Assembly (NCBI GenBank): GCA_902560445.1
Contig: CACELO010000004.1
Location: forward strand, 9,170 to 73,169
Direction: 5' to 3'
DNA length: 64,000 bases
From: an uncultured Candidatus Poseidoniales archaeon
Lineage (GTDB): Archaea; Thermoplasmatota; Poseidoniia; Poseidoniales; Thalassarchaeaceae
The translations under genes were made by a program, and so were the position numbers. The notes under the pieces were generated by a model. It was not told the origin of the DNA, made no database searches, and saw nothing but the letters and a program-made list of their open reading frames with translations. Of this stretch, positions 55,801 through 62,076 are shown one piece after another (within the stretch, counting starts at the first letter, position 1; each line of letters opens with the position of its first letter).

Positions 55801-56372
55801 CAACTCATACTATCAAGATAATTTCACCTGAGAATGCAACAGGAAATGAGGATTTCATTATTACAATTTCCGTTACTGACAAGAATAATGGAACTTATCC
55901 TCCAATAGTGATTAGACTTAAGACATCTCTCCCTGTGCTTGAAATTAGCGTAATTGATGCCGTTAACGACCCATTATTCGGAACGATCCATACATTTACA
56001 GTAGAGGTGGAAAATTCTGGATTGGTGGATGCTGAGAAGGTTAAGTTGATTGGAACAGTTCGTGGAACGAATGTAAGCTCTAGCGTAACACAAGATGTGT
56101 TATCTGGAGATACGGTGAGATATCTCATAGACATAAACCTGACAGATTTCGATGGTCCATCCCAAGAATGGTTTGACTTTGAGATTGAAACTGAAGGACA
56201 AGAATTTGGCGAAGAACCGGAAACAGTAAGCAAGAGATACTCACTTAAGGCTCCAGGAGTGGATGATTCAACAGCAACCACGGTTATTGGTTTAGTTCTA
56301 GCATTAATCCTGCTGTTTGTTTTGTGGTACTTCACAAGATCTGGATCGAGAAGACCCGGTGCCCCATTCTGA
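46836..56372 (+). CDS. aglB: Giant fusion protein: extra polytopic membrane module + AglB/STT3 oligosaccharyltransferase core + about 2100-aa multi-beta-sandwich ectodomain + C-terminal TM anchor
   Basis: 3178-aa uninterrupted ORF. GGTGAT lies 8 nt upstream of the ATG. WWDYG is at 49689-49703 (aa 952-956), followed by HPTVADNFQSG. EL1-type GGSDPWYMKRVVDY and ADHDSF acidic motifs are present. Downstream are CarboxypepD_reg-like (LEGTVELDGIGPVPNARILIE, ISGTLTDENGNSLSGSVTMV) and CARDB-like repeats. C-terminal TM is VIGLVLALILLFVLWYF. Confidence 0.88.
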   Translation: MSYENGKTGDVGQYNGLVSTPAVLAGILILFFAATSLADDVMIDTGKLVILPVAAALAAVMGRFWVSALPEDSPINRNSVFVMLFAIVPIALEFLGFIDAILATTFAFMAISTLILVKSNRNEEATILFTMVAGFHVSVAYAASMPELTLSEGDNLQNLLIDVQRAGIAANFFSFYAASLTLGTIFAISFRGYLYDGGNGSLFERLPQKIDFSEHRDLLITAVTLLIVNLIPLCSLASISSAGTFEEHHYLGGIWALVTSIVVMFVAFCRAERWHVLGSIVAVNWLIYTLAHLVEIGVSLPEQLEFLAGNDFGGAFSWFFITFWLNVLGIMLASSGRFGDIAPRREPSQFRLWWSDNSYSILVGSAVIVGLLIRTGWNVLPAMNANITGLWDMTGGSDPWYMKRVVDYIVAEHAHFIFDADRAYPSGGINPRPPLFSWCLALGGLALEWLTGITADEVVWWSVAGLPAIFGALIVLPVAGIANRLHSAQAGIFAAWLMALMPGHISHSTFGLADHDSFALLFLTLAFYFWVRTLGEIGSERVFRNPSSNPLYLVAGIREMWNRNPVMMSYATLAGISFSTVALGWKGFVYGPGILFLAFAFQIILNMFRRRDSLPLTSAALQMMFTTFLIPLPFYIWPGLNLLWAPSGFQPMFYIVGFTIALGWVASSFRDKPWLLVLGSGGILFGGILSALWILQTAEYYDGWDILFTGGFYFSKNKIFGTIGEAQAPSRGVLFASFGPIVTLIALGYAFILLWRGAREEKQGLSLVGLWVLIASYMAWTAGRFILNATPAMAVVGAIGIAALWKRADFSGFTKEWRRAGIGTPRARFRSVRTTSVKKPMIPALVLVFMLVATQHATYGVDSGIPRGETASGDVDQVIYDITPDVMRFDVGGLSLLDSSSYNPTANCGNGCWYMGTFGPGFNGGGWNMAYEWLSEQDSDEKFGERPAFVSWWDYGFQALDSGEHPTVADNFQSGIPHSGGMLLSSGQEDTLAMFITTLAQGDRKYSGDGQFGDDFTEVIQNHLSAQQIQEFQDILSLGPGQKQSVIDRSLVLIYQNVQEIQDSSFTAGNLKITTDLMHGTVLDENGLPTEPMWFVFKDGEQVGNATTNETEAKSIFNEARGSSQPYEEETTHYDIGGYRYTADLIESYDDVSTNLHRSNAKLGLARAFLTTALTLDELVEMYHDISTQVVYEVQDYGGSLGETIERNNEIRYFAIDDRLYPLGGAYYADQSYHRGQTTGIFYAPTTLSGLDPNHYIESIYETQRGDRPTVFMSAERYEQEYMSDVVKQQSGAMEDSTDMIQLVDIQYQQTESFFETMVARIYVGYGTSSLGLTVDPSQPGPTWAISGTPGSPLENAFPLPGAMMNHFVIANWYDDGSDSPDEDNNSVPDIFDGGYAAIGRANSNVKVVKYYSGANLEGTVELDGIGPVPNARILIERDAFSGEEVADENGTVTDQDSRTYWVPIGTVDADENGDYSFTVPAGKIRVSAFFGEPDIRAARDELTSGSGGMLQDVATESTIGVRNVNLITGILGNVSGSQWLSETIINVSGEAGHSNGQALINADITVEPSFSTGRLVWNGQGSFDGEAITDAVVELSPAWDQIQMQPILLETSTGSVNGPDLAFQGIGQATFTGEGEVISNGLMTVTDFVGTHRQTILNGHSLAGSGEFTGRGTLSGVIDGVDIVDGNCNENGTMPENYSVCSLPDGDFLIEGAINATGRFTSNGTSSFSQEHNGSSLTGSGVFTIDASNEELDTYGTLNGTGTFSGKGEFSGPMVQAGTFHLIDAIPGNYNVAVVFDDDTRIEIIDGFNVPYQGVPSLNQIDVAGGVISGTLTDENGNSLSGSVTMVKLESENDTTIGECSEVMFAPCRLTADENGTFEFGPIVPGEYLFGLDMDEDGFNEVELTHEFDADMDSQVNFPTPIPTVFDLRFSLTQIVDGMQTSVENLDNLTLVKSDNSAAPVVAVFDNISGEYLAELSQGQWILSHDLSNSEQLWEQIDLQSDISTSYAFRESMNVVGIVYYDTNTAVSNSTIQAEVVDYTQVIFHWENFTTSETTDANGVFNVVLPIGSVVDAAVFGNVLNVVNGTRFTVEEGMANITMVARPGHDVSGSLNLNRLGNYYTSNLDGWEPVTVYATNEHVDAVWHIEVTQFGTFDTILPEGNWTFTIDLDWLNASEATLMVDGENDTLEMYLYPAPSFLEIDFFLDNSGDNNVANGTPVEYKFSVVPLENEAGLTIDVEEDGSEWISDGFARVPLEAGSYRINVEISSARAGDLFGTRIMTGDAYFEVGLDGEVVSRSIGFDPEWKVDLTFTNESGGQLVDQLVRFIDPQNSGEIITRKTDMNGTLIDHLPDGEWILVIDSMETDAAVTEGVRTTIIVSEQTANDSQTISTSELASFTVRISDADGGNLQDMELQLISNDGLGTVYLDNTDESGQTSGIISPGSWNIELNQTVDRTRYVVESLELQDGGLVAGENELIDIVTSTHYQLSGTIFWDHDDDDDADVGEGVSDVEILMTSEGHDNITQITDAAGDWSVYIPAGTTWQVSTYREGFDQETESIAMNAPNSVEIELTAGYVDIFGNVTHSDLSNIGEQVELILIPTSGMVRDRIVPDKVFEDGVWNGQWTASVEPGLWIIRATLEASNLVGMASIDADISDGGNVDINLVYGGWLHLSTQWLDFNGTQHHATETGIEGAEIVDDVEFIMSSGAGVRWDALLTENGEISILMPSGMIEVEGGFSVDQMDRVMEYTATKSISVPGSGTDITASVTQDLLFGRIGNHTISATIVSVTGGELTQEGEFNDVKATLGDDGQYGSIEFTMSLDYLGHESLSSYIVSGNVVGTDGQYWNVEVWDESIENWTTPFAFEFGLDSNNSTTYDNLLLRITPANQSTAQSLTNGHNVDIKFTSTDGYQFEQEVIVRIPQFHNFELREPVLDIYGIRPGEELSIPLLFTNSGNGDERFEFEFDDIQLPPDWQRTGATSHTIGAFTDTTHTIKIISPENATGNEDFIITISVTDKNNGTYPPIVIRLKTSLPVLEISVIDAVNDPLFGTIHTFTVEVENSGLVDAEKVKLIGTVRGTNVSSSVTQDVLSGDTVRYLIDINLTDFDGPSQEWFDFEIETEGQEFGEEPETVSKRYSLKAPGVDDSTATTVIGLVLALILLFVLWYFTRSGSRRPGAPF

Positions 56373-56456
56373 TACCTAACTAAGTCCCCTTTGCAACCTT
56401 GGTCAAGACAAGACCTCATAGGTGAAAACCAAATAGAGTAGGTTAGTGATTGGCCA

Positions 56457-57695
56457 ATGACTCTTGAAGATCTTGAGTTAATGCCCGAACCAGAAGATAG
56501 TAGGTTGTTGACTGCTGTTGACCCCCAGGCTCCGGGATATCCTGGTTCTGAGTATGGATTATCCGATCAAGAAGCGAGAGAGCTACGTTGGCCATTAGGT
56601 CCGATGAAGGAGTTTCTATGGCCTTGGGGTGCTGCCAGCTTTGCAATAGGGGCAGTTCTATTGGTAATGACTTGGTCATCTATTCAACCATTGTTGGTAT
56701 CTTATCTACCAGACTCTGAGTGGGCATATCAGTCTTCAGGGATTAGGAAATTACAAGATCAGGGTTACTATGGAGACGGAGTTCATGTATGCATCGTAGA
56801 TACTGGAATTGATATTGCTCACCCCGATTTCAAAAATACAAATTTGGTCGGTTTTCGAGATTTCTACTCAGGAGACGACGGTAATATCCGAGATATTGGA
56901 GATGATTATCACGGTACGTTGATGGCTGGATTATTAATTGCAAATGGTACTTACGTAGGAGCGGCGCCAAGCGTTTCCCTCTCAGTGGCTTTGGCTCTTG
57001 GACCTGAAGGAGAAGCGGGTCAGTCGGATAGAGTTTCTTTGGCGATTCGATGGTGTAGGATTTCTCAAGATGTTGATATCATTAGTCTGAGTTTAGGTGG
57101 TGATCCAGGGGGCGGAATGAGCAATCTCCAATCTGAAACTGTCGAGGCGGTAAACGAGGCATTAGATGCTGGAATTTTTGTTGTAGCGGCGGCTGGCAAT
57201 AATGGCCAAAAGGCTAACATCAAAGATGTATCAATTCCAGCAAATATCCCAGGAGTTATTGCAGTGGGCGCCTCAAATATAGATGGTAGAATCTGGTCAA
57301 ATAGTTCAATGGGTTCCAACATGGATCCTTATTTCAATGAGGAAAGGCAATTTCCTAATCAGAAGCCAGAAGTTACCGCACCTGGAGTCAGATTGTTCTC
57401 TACTGCATCAACAGAAATCACACCGGCTTATGCCTATTCAACTGGAACCTCTGACTCAACTGTTATTGTTGTTGGAGCTCTCGCTTTGATTCTTCAAATT
57501 CAAGGGAACGAAATGCGAGGAGAAAATGGACAATTCGACTCACAAGAAATGAATTTGGTGAAGAGTGCTCTTGCAAACTCATCCTTAAAATCGCAAGATA
57601 TGGGTGCAATTCATTCAATCAAATCAGGCTACGGTGAATTGAATGCAGAGGCATGGTTAGAAGAGATAAGTATTGAGTTTAATCTTAGTGTATAA
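56457..57695 (+). CDS. Membrane-anchored subtilisin-like serine protease (S8 family)
   Basis: Catalytic triad contexts VCIVDTGIDIAHPDF (Asp), DDYHGTLMAGL (His) and STGTSDSTVIVVGA (Ser). Oxyanion AAAGNNG. N-terminal TM AASFAIGAVLLVMTW. Confidence 0.9.
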   Translation: MTLEDLELMPEPEDSRLLTAVDPQAPGYPGSEYGLSDQEARELRWPLGPMKEFLWPWGAASFAIGAVLLVMTWSSIQPLLVSYLPDSEWAYQSSGIRKLQDQGYYGDGVHVCIVDTGIDIAHPDFKNTNLVGFRDFYSGDDGNIRDIGDDYHGTLMAGLLIANGTYVGAAPSVSLSVALALGPEGEAGQSDRVSLAIRWCRISQDVDIISLSLGGDPGGGMSNLQSETVEAVNEALDAGIFVVAAAGNNGQKANIKDVSIPANIPGVIAVGASNIDGRIWSNSSMGSNMDPYFNEERQFPNQKPEVTAPGVRLFSTASTEITPAYAYSTGTSDSTVIVVGALALILQIQGNEMRGENGQFDSQEMNLVKSALANSSLKSQDMGAIHSIKSGYGELNAEAWLEEISIEFNLSV

Positions 57696-57701
57696 TTATC
57701 C

Positions 57702-57737
57702 TTTTTCCTATATTTCCCCAACCGAGCCTACGGCTCG
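57702..57737 (+). terminator. T5 run plus hairpin CGAGCC-TAC-GGCTCG after the S8 protease gene
   Basis: TTTTT at 57702-57706. 6-bp stem at 57723-57737. Confidence 0.4.
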
Positions 57738-57779
57738 ATGAAACCCTATGATTAAATCACTTTGAGATTCCCCAATATC

Positions 57780-60700
57780 ATGATGAGTGCCCGAGCAAGA
57801 AGCGAGTTCCTGGTATTTCTAATGCTTACAAGCACAATGTTGGCCATGGTTGGCCCTGCACTTCCAGTCTCCGCAGACAATGAAACTACTAGTGGGACGA
57901 TTACCGGAATTGAGAGATGGAGTGGGAATCATCAACTCACAGGCGATGTTACAATCGCCGCTGGTGCAAAACTGATAATCGACCCTGGCACTGATATCTC
58001 ATTTCCAAACGGTACAATGTTAGATGTTCGTGGTAATCTATGTGCAGGAGTCGCATCCTGCGGTTCCAATGGCAATGCAGCATCAGGTAATCCAATCACT
58101 CTCACATGGGCAGAACCTGCGGTTCCGAATGCAACGGGAGAATGTTACGGATTGGGTAGTGGGGATTCACAAATAATGATTGAGGACCCCTCCTGTGGAG
58201 AAGGAGTAATTCTTCGAGATACCATGGACCTTTCACAATCAGGATTCAAGAGTATGCATTTTGAAGGCGCATGGGGAGTTCCATTCTATGTTCAATTAGA
58301 ATATGAATACAGATATGGGGTATTGGTTCTTGACGGAGCAAGCCCTACTCTTCGAGATATGAGATTTGAAGACATCAATACTTCCAGTGTACTTGCAGCG
58401 AATTTAGCTCAACCAACTTTCATCGGCGGCGAATATGTTGCTGGCAATGATGAAGAGAGCGGAGTCACAGGTCAGGCAGTGCAAATTTATGGAGGAGGTA
58501 CACCAATCTCACCGATGATTTTCCAGGATGCTACTTTCCAATCAACAAATAAGGGATGTGGAAATAGAGATGGAGGAAGGTCTGCTATTTGGGCCTCCCA
58601 GACATTTATTCAAGTCCAAAACTCTGATTTTGCCGGTGGTGATTTTGGAATTAGTATCCGGAATTCAGCTGGAAAGGTGACTAATTCTACCATTTCTGTC
58701 ACTTGCAATGGTATTGATGTGAATAGCCTAAAGGCAATTGGAAATACCGAATATGATGTTGAAATAGCAAATAATGTAATCACAACTACCCAACGTACTC
58801 CCATTACCGCCTATTCTGGAGCCGATGTGCGAATTCACAATAACGAACTAGCTGGAGCTGGACAAGGTTCTGGAATAGCAGTATATTCATCGAAAGCTGA
58901 AATACACAATAACGACATTGGGCCTATTGGTGGTTGGAATGGTCTATGGCTATTGGGAAGTTTTGATGTAATTGCTGAAAATAATTCAATTTCAGAAACC
59001 GGACAGGAACCGATACTTGCTGGAGAATATGGGACTCAAGCACCATCTCCTACACCTGCAAGACTTTACTTGGCTAACAATTCAATCTCGACTCAAGGTA
59101 GTGGTGAATGCTCATCGCAAAGGTGGTGGGGTGGTTCTTTCACTTGCCCAGCTATAATGGCGCACAGATCAGGAGCTACAATTGTTGACAATCAAATTAA
59201 TGCCGGTGGAAATGCTGATGGAATCAGGGCAACAGGAGCCATACTTGATGTCCAAAGAAATGTATTCAATGTTCAAGGAACCGGTGCTATATTGCAGCAT
59301 TATGATAGTGGCTTTGCAGATTCCCAACAATATGGGACACTGGCATTCTTTAGCAATAATGAATGGAATGGAGTTAGTGTAACCTACAATGTTTCTAAGT
59401 CTTCGGTTACAGTACAATCAGAATACATCCCAAGCCCTCCACCAGATGAACATCCTGTTTTACTTAGGTGGGCAGATCAAGAAGCTTGGGTACAGAATGG
59501 TTGGCAAAACGGAGTCATTCCACACGAAGTTAGGGCTTGTGATACCTGTGACGATTTCACCCCTTACAATTTCCCTTTAGCGATAAATATGGATAATAAT
59601 TCTACAGTGTTCACCTTCTCTAACCTTTCAAACTTGGATTTATCAAAGGTTAAAATTGATACACAACCGACAAAATATGCAGTTCAGGTACAAAGAGCTG
59701 AACTGGTAAGACTCCAAACTCTAGTGAACGGCCAACGAGTAGAAAATGCAAACGTATTGATTGAGGACGCGCTTGGGAATGACCTCTACAGTCTTGAAAC
59801 TGACTCGGATGGCTATACGCCATGGTTCTCTCTTGCTTCTAATTTCCACCTTGATTTCAGAGGTTTAGCGGGAGGAGATAACCCCGATGGTTTTGCAGAC
59901 GATGAATTCGAAGATTCCTGTTCAGATGGAGAGGATAATGACGGTGATTTACTACTTGATACTGATGATCCTGACTGCGATTACTCTGCTGGAACTAGAG
60001 AATTATCTCTCTACAGATACACTGCGTATAAATTTGGATATGGTATAGATAGTGGGGAGTTTACACTTTCAGATACCACATACCAAGATACTCTGTTTTT
60101 ACATAATGATCCGCCCAGTGTTTCTGTGATTCAAAATGATGGAGAGTCTTTCAGAAGAGTAGTCAATCTGACAGGTTCTGCCTATGACGGTACATGGGCA
60201 GGAATTTACGAAACCGACGAGTTAGCCCAGTGGGATCAGAAAGGTTTTGTTCATGCTGTAGAAGTCAAAGATCCATTTACAAGTGACTGGGCTACAGCTG
60301 GATACGCTACAGACTCTAGTGGTGCGGAACCAGGTTACGTGTCAAGAAATAATCATCCATTCAGTAGTTGGTACTATGAGTATGACATGTCAGGTAGACA
60401 GGAAGGAGACTATACATTCGAATTTAGGGCATTTGATGGTCTAGAGTATTCTCCTATTTTAACTCGGACGATTAAGGTCAACACAGAGGCTCCAACTATC
60501 TCCGTAACTTCCCCGAGCACTCAATCGACTCACTCAGATGGTACTGTGACATTCGAAGGAACCGCTCATGACCCGTATGGATGTCCTATTGATTGTGGAA
60601 CAGATATTGACCAGATATATTTCCAAATCGAAGGCCCGAACTACAACGTAATAACTTCGACAGAAGGCGGCATTGAGTGGTCTTGGACTTGGGATTTTAG

Positions 60701-62018
60701 TGGCCTTCCACGTGAATTAGCTACATACACATTTACTATTTGGGCCTCAGATACTGATTTCTGTAAGGGAGACATTGATGAATGTCAACCCGTGGTTATA
60801 GATCTTCAAATTGATAACCAAAACTCTCGCCCATTTGTAAGTCTAACCTCACCTCAGAACGCACAGATATATGCTGTTGATGAGAAATCAATTATCAGCG
60901 GAGTTGCTAGAGATAATGATGGAGATATTACTCGTGTTGATGTGGAGGTATTCGACGTCTCAAATGGATTTTTGAATGTCTTCACAGGTGCTGTCACGGA
61001 AATTGAATCAAATGGTTATTGGGAAATGGAATGGGATTCAAGAATATTAACTCACAACATGCAATATCTAATCAAAGTAAGGTCCTATGACGGCTATGAG
61101 TACAGCGATTGGATGGAAGTTCAGGTCGTCGCAGATAACCCGCCAGATGCAGATAATAATAGGCCCACATTTGACTCAACTAACTGGCAAACGGAGATTA
61201 CTCTTTTCTGCGAATTCGATACAACTTCGCAAAACCCTTGCACAAAGGCGGAGATTGATTTACTAGAGTTCTTTGATGATTTAGATGGAGTAAATTCTCT
61301 CATTCTATCTGTGTACGATGATGCAGCAAAATCATCTGATGATGAGTTTGGATTAGTGATTAACATAGGTGTTGACGGAGTCGCGTTTTATGATCCTAAG
61401 GCGATGGGCTTCTACAATGAGGACATGGATACATGGTCTTTGAGTAATGTGATATTTGTTGCCACTGATCCCTTTGGTTCAAAGGAGATTTCTACACCTG
61501 TATCTTTCAATGTAGTTCCAATCGAATTCTATGTTGGCCCGCCAAATCAAAACACTGCAAACGAAGAAGAATTGATCATCTTCGGTGGTTCTGGATTGCC
61601 TGGAAAGACCGTTAGAGTAACATTGGGTGGTATTCAAGTCAATTCTACTGTAGTACTTGATGATTCAACATGGGAACTTGGAATTCCGGGAGCCATGCTA
61701 AGTAAGCCAGTAATACCTGTATTTTCTATTAGTGGTTCAGAATCCATTCAGGGGCAAGAAATTTCCCCACCATCTAGTGAGGGAGGAATCAGCCCTGTGA
61801 TGATTATTGCTATTGTTGTAGTTATTATCGCATTATTGGCAGCTACACTTTTCTTTACTGGAGTAGTAACCTTCGAGGAAGATGATGATGAATCCAATAA
61901 ATCAGAAGGAGCCGATAAAAAGGCAGAACATCTAGTAAAAAGCGATGACCACCCTGGTTGGCTTTGGGACGCTGAAAAAGAAGAATGGGTGCCAGATCCC
62001 GACCATATTGGTGAGTGA
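57780..62018 (+). CDS. Giant surface protein: right-handed parallel beta-helix (PbH1/NosD-like) region + Ig-like domains + C-terminal TM + acidic, Trp-rich cytoplasmic tail
   Basis: The ORF track start at TTG 57762 is replaced by ATG 57780 (MMSARARSEFLVFLMLTSTMLAMVGPALPVSA signal). Beta-helix rungs: VQNSDFAGGDFGISIRNSAGKVTNSTISV, IANNVITTT, RIHNNELAG, EIHNNDIG, AENNSIS, IVDNQIN. Cys/Asp-rich CSDGEDNDGDLLLDTDDPDC. TM IIAIVVVIIALLAATLFFTGVV. Confidence 0.7.
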   Translation: MMSARARSEFLVFLMLTSTMLAMVGPALPVSADNETTSGTITGIERWSGNHQLTGDVTIAAGAKLIIDPGTDISFPNGTMLDVRGNLCAGVASCGSNGNAASGNPITLTWAEPAVPNATGECYGLGSGDSQIMIEDPSCGEGVILRDTMDLSQSGFKSMHFEGAWGVPFYVQLEYEYRYGVLVLDGASPTLRDMRFEDINTSSVLAANLAQPTFIGGEYVAGNDEESGVTGQAVQIYGGGTPISPMIFQDATFQSTNKGCGNRDGGRSAIWASQTFIQVQNSDFAGGDFGISIRNSAGKVTNSTISVTCNGIDVNSLKAIGNTEYDVEIANNVITTTQRTPITAYSGADVRIHNNELAGAGQGSGIAVYSSKAEIHNNDIGPIGGWNGLWLLGSFDVIAENNSISETGQEPILAGEYGTQAPSPTPARLYLANNSISTQGSGECSSQRWWGGSFTCPAIMAHRSGATIVDNQINAGGNADGIRATGAILDVQRNVFNVQGTGAILQHYDSGFADSQQYGTLAFFSNNEWNGVSVTYNVSKSSVTVQSEYIPSPPPDEHPVLLRWADQEAWVQNGWQNGVIPHEVRACDTCDDFTPYNFPLAINMDNNSTVFTFSNLSNLDLSKVKIDTQPTKYAVQVQRAELVRLQTLVNGQRVENANVLIEDALGNDLYSLETDSDGYTPWFSLASNFHLDFRGLAGGDNPDGFADDEFEDSCSDGEDNDGDLLLDTDDPDCDYSAGTRELSLYRYTAYKFGYGIDSGEFTLSDTTYQDTLFLHNDPPSVSVIQNDGESFRRVVNLTGSAYDGTWAGIYETDELAQWDQKGFVHAVEVKDPFTSDWATAGYATDSSGAEPGYVSRNNHPFSSWYYEYDMSGRQEGDYTFEFRAFDGLEYSPILTRTIKVNTEAPTISVTSPSTQSTHSDGTVTFEGTAHDPYGCPIDCGTDIDQIYFQIEGPNYNVITSTEGGIEWSWTWDFSGLPRELATYTFTIWASDTDFCKGDIDECQPVVIDLQIDNQNSRPFVSLTSPQNAQIYAVDEKSIISGVARDNDGDITRVDVEVFDVSNGFLNVFTGAVTEIESNGYWEMEWDSRILTHNMQYLIKVRSYDGYEYSDWMEVQVVADNPPDADNNRPTFDSTNWQTEITLFCEFDTTSQNPCTKAEIDLLEFFDDLDGVNSLILSVYDDAAKSSDDEFGLVINIGVDGVAFYDPKAMGFYNEDMDTWSLSNVIFVATDPFGSKEISTPVSFNVVPIEFYVGPPNQNTANEEELIIFGGSGLPGKTVRVTLGGIQVNSTVVLDDSTWELGIPGAMLSKPVIPVFSISGSESIQGQEISPPSSEGGISPVMIIAIVVVIIALLAATLFFTGVVTFEEDDDESNKSEGADKKAEHLVKSDDHPGWLWDAEKEEWVPDPDHIGE

Positions 62019-62076
62019 AGCAATAAAGCCCACCATACGGTTAATTTCTTGAGTAATAGAAATCGCACTCATCATT

